Shown here one piece after another: positions 29,275 through 33,580 of a stretch of 33,580 nucleotides of DNA (position 1 is its first letter; every line of letters begins with the position of its first letter). Origin of the DNA: a bacterium (GTDB lineage Bacteria > Patescibacteriota > Minisyncoccia > Minisyncoccales > JANBVM01); contig JAUVBU010000001.1 of assembly GCA_030591065.1 (NCBI GenBank), positions 1 to 33,580 of the forward strand, given 5' to 3'. Both the position numbers and the translations under genes were made by a program. The notes under the pieces were generated by a model. That model had not been told where the DNA came from, did not search any database, and saw nothing but the letters and a program-made list of their open reading frames with translations.

Positions 29275-29278
29275 AAAA

Positions 29279-29680
29279 ATGACTCAAAAAACTCAAATAT
29301 ATAAATGTAATATCTGTGGGAATATCGTGGAAATTTTAGACGTTGGGGCCGGACAACTTGTTTGTTGCAATCAACAAATGGAGTTATTAGAAGAAAAAAA
29401 CAAAGAAGAAGGCTTAGAAAAACATTTGCCCGTGATAGAAGAGTTGCCAGCCAATGCTTGTCAAGGGAAAGATGGAGTTAAAATAAAAGTGGGGGAAGTA
29501 GAGCACCCTATGGAGGAAAACCACTATATTGAGTGGATAGAAATTATTCCGGCAGATAATAAGAGAGGGAAGAAGTTTTTAAAACCAGGAGATAAGCCAG
29601 AAGTGGAATTTTATACTAGAAAGGAAGTTATTGGAGCTAGGGCCTATTGTAATGTTCATGGACTATGGAAGGTTGGCTAA
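29279..29680 (+). CDS. dfx: desulfoferrodoxin (2Fe superoxide reductase); true start MTQKTQ at 29279, not the extended ORF from 29186
   Basis: Desulforedoxin domain YKCNICGNIVEILDVGAGQLVCCNQQM and SOR domain HYIEWIEII...AYCNVHGLW. The extended ORF would overlap rubrerythrin by 89 nt in another frame. Confidence 0.85.
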   Translation: MTQKTQIYKCNICGNIVEILDVGAGQLVCCNQQMELLEEKNKEEGLEKHLPVIEELPANACQGKDGVKIKVGEVEHPMEENHYIEWIEIIPADNKRGKKFLKPGDKPEVEFYTRKEVIGARAYCNVHGLWKVG

Positions 29681-29812
29681 AAGTTATTAACTAAAAATTC
29701 TAATATTACTATTAGGGTTTATGATATAATTAAAAAATCTCTATTAGAGATTTTAATAAAAGCCGAAGAAATTAACATTTTTATATAAACTTAATTTAAG
29801 TAAGGTAAAAGC

Positions 29813-30814
29813 ATGAGTAAAAAGATAACTTTTTCAATCGTAGGATTAGTGGTAATTATTTTAGGCGTAGTTGCTTGGAATAACCTAAGCACAAAACCAG
29901 AAGATTCTTTTGTGGAAAAAAAAATGATAACATTTGCTGAGGGGGCTCTTACTGCTCCATGTTATCCAATCACTAAAGTTATAACAGACATTTGGAATAA
30001 ATATTTACCAAATATAGTTTCTACTCCAGAGCTTGACCCAGGTCGTTTAGTGGATAATTTAAAAAATATTGAAGAGGGAAAGTTTGATTTTAGGTGGACA
30101 ATGAGTAGTTTAGCTTTTTATAGCTACAATGGTCTAAAAATCGAAGATTTAAAAGGTAATCCAATGAAATCCTTAAGAACAATAGGTTCTTTTTGGAACC
30201 ATGAGCTTCACCTTATTGTTAGTGCAGACTCTTTAATCAATGACATCGCTGATTTTAAAGGTCAAAAAGTTAAAGTAGTTGTGCCTTCAGAGAAAGCATG
30301 GACGGCTATAACAGCAAAAGAGCTATTTGGAATATATGGAATATCTCCAGATTTAGTTGAAATAATTTCTGTTCCACTTAGTGAAATCGCTGGATCGTTA
30401 AAGGCAAAAGACGCTGATATTGCTGTTCTTGCTATATCGGTAAAGTCTATGCAATCAAATATTTTTAAAAAAGCAGAAGGTTTAAGATTTTTAGCATTAA
30501 GTCAGGAAATTATTAAAAAAACAACAGAAAAGCTTCCATATTATGTCGAGGGGTCAATTCCTAAGAATACTTATCTCAACCAAGTAAACGATATAAACGG
30601 AATTGTAATAAAAGGAATTATAGTTTGCAGAGAAGACATGGATTCAGACTTAGTTTATACTTTAACAAAAACTATATTTGACCACGTTGACGAGATAAAA
30701 GAAGCAACCCCATTAGTAGAAGATATGTTTTTAGAAACAGCAGTAACGGGCCTAGCTATTCCTTTACATCCTGGAGCTGCAAAATATTATGCTGAAATGG
30801 GATTAACTCCTTAA
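29813..30814 (+). CDS. TAXI-family (TRAP-associated) periplasmic solute-binding protein, N-terminally membrane-anchored
   Basis: Signal-anchor MSKKITFSIVGLVVIILGVVAW. The C-terminal LAIPLHPGAAKYYAEMGL is the hallmark TAXI ending (PLHPGA.KYY). No TRAP permease is nearby. Confidence 0.6.
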   Translation: MSKKITFSIVGLVVIILGVVAWNNLSTKPEDSFVEKKMITFAEGALTAPCYPITKVITDIWNKYLPNIVSTPELDPGRLVDNLKNIEEGKFDFRWTMSSLAFYSYNGLKIEDLKGNPMKSLRTIGSFWNHELHLIVSADSLINDIADFKGQKVKVVVPSEKAWTAITAKELFGIYGISPDLVEIISVPLSEIAGSLKAKDADIAVLAISVKSMQSNIFKKAEGLRFLALSQEIIKKTTEKLPYYVEGSIPKNTYLNQVNDINGIVIKGIIVCREDMDSDLVYTLTKTIFDHVDEIKEATPLVEDMFLETAVTGLAIPLHPGAAKYYAEMGLTP

Positions 30815-30830
30815 TTAAGGTTTTTACGCT

Positions 30831-32099
30831 ATGGAAATAAAGTTATCGTTAAGAAGAAAGGCTCCTATATTTGCTTTGGGATTAGTAATAATACCCATGT
30901 TAGCAATAAGTTTGTTTTTTTATGCTAGAACCCGCGAAGTGTTAATGGAAACTATTTCTGTTAATAACACGTCTTTTACGTTAAGTGCAGCGAGGGGGAT
31001 AAGGGATCAAACTCTAAGTTTTATAAATATTTTAGAGTCTTCTGTTCCCAGCATTCTTATGGCTGAAACGGAGACAGAAAAAAAAGAACTACTAATCGGA
31101 TTAAAAAAAGGGTTTGTTTCTATTAGTTCATTATCTATTTTAAATAGTAACGGAAAAGAAATAATTCGCTCAGACGATAAGGAGCTGAAAGATTGTGAGA
31201 ATAATCCAGAATTCTATATAGCAAAAGAGGAAGGGTTTTATTTATCTTGGTTTGAATACAATAAAGAACAAGAATTATCTTCGATTATTATCTCTGTTCC
31301 TATGTGGGAAGAAAATAACTTAAAAGGAGTTTTGAAAGCAGAAATCTTTCTTTACGAAATTTGGAATCAAGCTATAATTTCCTCTCTTTCTTTGAACGAT
31401 AATTGTTATATTGTTACCCAAGAAGGAGATTTTGTTGCAAAAATTATTACTGCGAATGAAAGTTTTGTATCTCCAGACTTAGAAGAAATTGCTATAACAA
31501 GCGCTTTAAATAAAAGATTGTTTACCGAAGAGAGAGAGACAGAGTCTGGTGAAATGTTAATTATTGCTAGTCCTATTCCTGTTCTTAATTGGGAATTAGT
31601 AGTATTTCGACCAACATCTGAAATTTATGAACCAATAATTAAGATTAGAAACGAAGTTATTGTAATCGGCTTTTTTAGCTTAGTGTTAGTTTCTGTTGCA
31701 GCTCTTTTGTTTTCTAAAAAAATTGTTGAACCTATTGATAGACTCTACAGGGGAGCAAAAATAATAGGTAGTGGTAACTTAGATCATAGGGTTGATATTA
31801 AGAGTGGAGATGAAATTGAAGAGCTAGCAAAAGAGTTTAATAATATGGTCGATGGTTTAAAAGTTTCTCAAGCAGCCCTAGAAGAAGAAAGAGCTCTCTT
31901 AGAAATAAAAGTCGGAGCAAGAACAAGAGAGTTAGAAGAGTTTACCGAAAGTTTAGAAGAAAAAATTAAAGAGAGAACCAAAGAGCTTGAAAAAAAGCTT
32001 GTTGAGCTTGAAACCTTTAGAAAACTAACTATTGATAGGGAATTAAAAATGATTCTATTAAAAAAAGAGATTAAGAAACTAAAAGAGAGAGATTATTAA
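30831..32099 (+). CDS. membrane signal transducer: TM - periplasmic Cache-like domain (~240 aa) - TM - HAMP - coiled coil, with no kinase, MCP, GGDEF or other output domain
   Basis: TM1 at residues ~12-31 and TM2 VIVIGFFSLVLVSVAALLF. HAMP: IVEPIDRLYRGAKIIGSGNLDHRVDIKSGDEIEELAKEFNNMVDGLK. Then ~70 aa of heptad-rich EELEK sequence to the stop. No H-box or ATP-binding motifs are present. Confidence 0.6.
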   Translation: MEIKLSLRRKAPIFALGLVIIPMLAISLFFYARTREVLMETISVNNTSFTLSAARGIRDQTLSFINILESSVPSILMAETETEKKELLIGLKKGFVSISSLSILNSNGKEIIRSDDKELKDCENNPEFYIAKEEGFYLSWFEYNKEQELSSIIISVPMWEENNLKGVLKAEIFLYEIWNQAIISSLSLNDNCYIVTQEGDFVAKIITANESFVSPDLEEIAITSALNKRLFTEERETESGEMLIIASPIPVLNWELVVFRPTSEIYEPIIKIRNEVIVIGFFSLVLVSVAALLFSKKIVEPIDRLYRGAKIIGSGNLDHRVDIKSGDEIEELAKEFNNMVDGLKVSQAALEEERALLEIKVGARTRELEEFTESLEEKIKERTKELEKKLVELETFRKLTIDRELKMILLKKEIKKLKERDY

Positions 32100-32100
32100 T

Positions 32101-32700
32101 ATGGATCAACCAATCTCAAAAGAAGAGCTAGATAAAGCCTCTTTGGTTATAGGGGAACTAAGGGGATTAGGAATGAAAAATGAACTGGAATTTATTCTCA
32201 AAGAAGAAGGTCCGGAAGGATTAGAAAGGCTTGAGCAAACAATGGAGCAGTTGGGTTTTCCTATAAAGTATAAGGAGATAAAAGCAATGAATTTTTATCC
32301 ACTTAGCACGTACGTCGTTACTCTATTAGTAATGGACAATCTTTTTCATTACAACAATGAAAAGATTCAGGAAAAAGGAGAATTTTTAACTAAAGTTTCT
32401 TTAGTGGTAAGACTTTATTTGAAAAACTTTGTTTCTCTTGAGAAAGTAGCAAAAGATGTCTCAAAAATGTGGAGGAAATATTACACCATAGGAGACTTTA
32501 AAATAATGGAACTTGACGAGGAGAAAAGATGTGGAATAATAAGGCTCGAAAATTTTTATCTTCACCCTTTCCACATAGAAACTCTTAAAGGATATTTTCG
32601 GGCTATAGTTAAAATGGTAGTTAAAAGTGAGGTTGTTTGCGAAGAACGAAAAGAGTTTGATGGAGACGAAAAAAACCACGAATTTTCACTTAAATGGTAA
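32101..32700 (+). CDS. cytoplasmic small protein, possibly V4R / XylR_N-like ligand-binding fold; translationally coupled to the transducer (stop and start 1 nt apart)
   Basis: The C-terminal RCGIIRLENFYLHPFHIETLKGYFRAIVKMVVKSEVVCEERKEFDGDEKNHEFSL resembles the V4R pattern G.....E.......GY..G......V.V.E..C...GD....F.I. Low-confidence similarity by eye. Confidence 0.3.
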   Translation: MDQPISKEELDKASLVIGELRGLGMKNELEFILKEEGPEGLERLEQTMEQLGFPIKYKEIKAMNFYPLSTYVVTLLVMDNLFHYNNEKIQEKGEFLTKVSLVVRLYLKNFVSLEKVAKDVSKMWRKYYTIGDFKIMELDEEKRCGIIRLENFYLHPFHIETLKGYFRAIVKMVVKSEVVCEERKEFDGDEKNHEFSLKW

Positions 32701-32864
32701 GGCTTTATTTTCTTAGTTTGAGGTTAAAATAGTTATATTAATCGCCTTCACTTTTTCTCAAAGCTATATGATTAATTTTAAGCTTTGGTAAATATGGGCG
32801 ATTTTTTATTGGAAAGAGATATAAGTTGATGGAATAAAAAGTATTAGTTTGTTGTAGTAATATT

Positions 32865-33437
32865 ATGGAGCAAAGAAAATCAAAAAAATCTGATGAAGAA
32901 ATTGTTGCTCTAGTTCAGGCTGGAGATATTGATTTTTTTGAATTTTTAATTAATCGTTATAAAGAAAAAATTAAACGTTATGCCAGAAAATTTCTTTCTG
33001 AATCGGAAGACATAAATGACATTGTCCAGGAAATTTTTATAAAAGCCTATATAAACATTCAAAGCTTTGATATAAAAAGAAAGTTTTCTTCTTGGCTTTA
33101 CAGGATTGCTCACAACGAACTTGTTAACGCTTTAAAAAAGAAAAAGAAAAACATTTTACCCTTGTTTGAGTTAGATACTTTTCTTCCCCGTAAACTTCAA
33201 GACGATTCTTTTCGGAAAAGTATAGATCGTAAGGATACAAAAAAAATGATTGATAGGTGTCTTGATAGGGTGGAGCCGAAATATCGCGAACCAATTATTC
33301 TTTATTACTTAGAAGAATTATCTTATCAGGAAATTTCGGAAGTGATGCGGATACCTATTTCAACTGTTGGAACTAGAATAAAAAGAGGGAAAAAAAACAT
33401 GAAATCTATTTTTAAAAAACTAGGATATAGTTTATGA
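32865..33437 (+). CDS. ECF-subfamily sigma-70 factor (regions 2 and 4)
   Basis: DIVQEIFIKAYINIQSFDIKRKFSSWLYRIAHNELVN (region 2) and YQEISEVMRIPISTVGTRIKRGKKNMK (region 4 HTH); 190 aa; TGA stop. Confidence 0.8.
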   Translation: MEQRKSKKSDEEIVALVQAGDIDFFEFLINRYKEKIKRYARKFLSESEDINDIVQEIFIKAYINIQSFDIKRKFSSWLYRIAHNELVNALKKKKKNILPLFELDTFLPRKLQDDSFRKSIDRKDTKKMIDRCLDRVEPKYREPIILYYLEELSYQEISEVMRIPISTVGTRIKRGKKNMKSIFKKLGYSL

Positions 33438-33580
33438 ATAACCAATTAGAAAAAAACCATATTACCGAGAAAATACTCGGTAAGATAAAAACTGAAAAAA
33501 TTAAAATGAAGCCCAAAATATACTTTATTCTAAGGATGGCTTTGTTGGTTTTGGGAACCTTAACTTTAGCTTCTTTTATT
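33434..33580 (+). CDS. probable anti-sigma factor (partial, runs off the window end); ATGA start/stop overlap with the ECF sigma gene
   Basis: MNNQLEKNHITEKILGKIKTEKIKMKPKIYFILRMALLVLGTLTLASFI is a short cytoplasmic segment followed by a TM helix, the usual layout of ECF anti-sigma factors. Position and coupling support the call. Confidence 0.35.
   Translation, partial: MNNQLEKNHITEKILGKIKTEKIKMKPKIYFILRMALLVLGTLTLASFI

Noticed and set aside
29186-29278. 5' extension of the desulfoferrodoxin ORF overlapping the rubrerythrin 3' end by 89 nt
   Set aside because: The extension has no similarity to Dfx, overlaps a well-supported gene in another frame, and the conserved Dfx N-terminus begins at MTQKTQ (29279).

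Overview
This is a visibly AT-rich bacterial window, dense with genes, read under the standard genetic code: TAA, TAG and TGA all serve as stops of intact genes. The gene set and the small protein sizes suggest a small-genome bacterium, possibly Patescibacteria/CPR-like; that placement is inference only. Its markers are an archaeal-type bifunctional PGI/PMI, a short UvrC, a GroEL without a GGM tail, lysine-rich low-complexity tails, a rubrerythrin-desulfoferrodoxin pair and many orphan membrane proteins.

Gene order across the window:
- 27-6123: tRNA-Leu(CAG) (-), then galU-like, PGI/PMI, a membrane-anchored family-5 solute-binding protein carrying a peptidoglycan-binding insert, secG, a PF04020 membrane protein and uvrC, all on the minus strand. 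uvrC is broken by one in-frame TAA.
- 6201-13229: uvrA, groES-groEL (sigma70 promoter plus CIRCE-like operator), lemA, htpX and tRNA-Ser(GGA), all plus strand.
- 13257-19936: a Nudix-like protein, a minimal MscS, an (alpha/alpha)6 glycoside hydrolase (debranching-enzyme-like), an APH-family kinase (-) and three tandem paralogous GT4 glycosyltransferases (-).
- 20096-23273: the dnaG-rpoD pair, where RpoD carries a ~100-aa lysine-rich tandem-repeat N-terminus, then tRNA-Asn(GTT).
- 23278-25889: a terminator-rich stretch with two small ORFs and a bPH-like membrane protein, then an SPFH/stomatin protein.
- 25920-29680: pyruvate kinase (-), a DUF5668-like mini membrane protein, a secreted protein, and rubrerythrin followed by desulfoferrodoxin.
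- 29813-33580: a TAXI-family solute-binding protein, a Cache-HAMP membrane transducer with no output domain, a translationally coupled small cytoplasmic V4R-like protein, and an ECF sigma factor with a partial downstream anti-sigma.

The TAXI/Cache-HAMP/V4R-like/ECF-sigma arrangement is the best candidate in the window for an undescribed signalling system. No CRISPR array, IS element, integrase or rRNA was seen.
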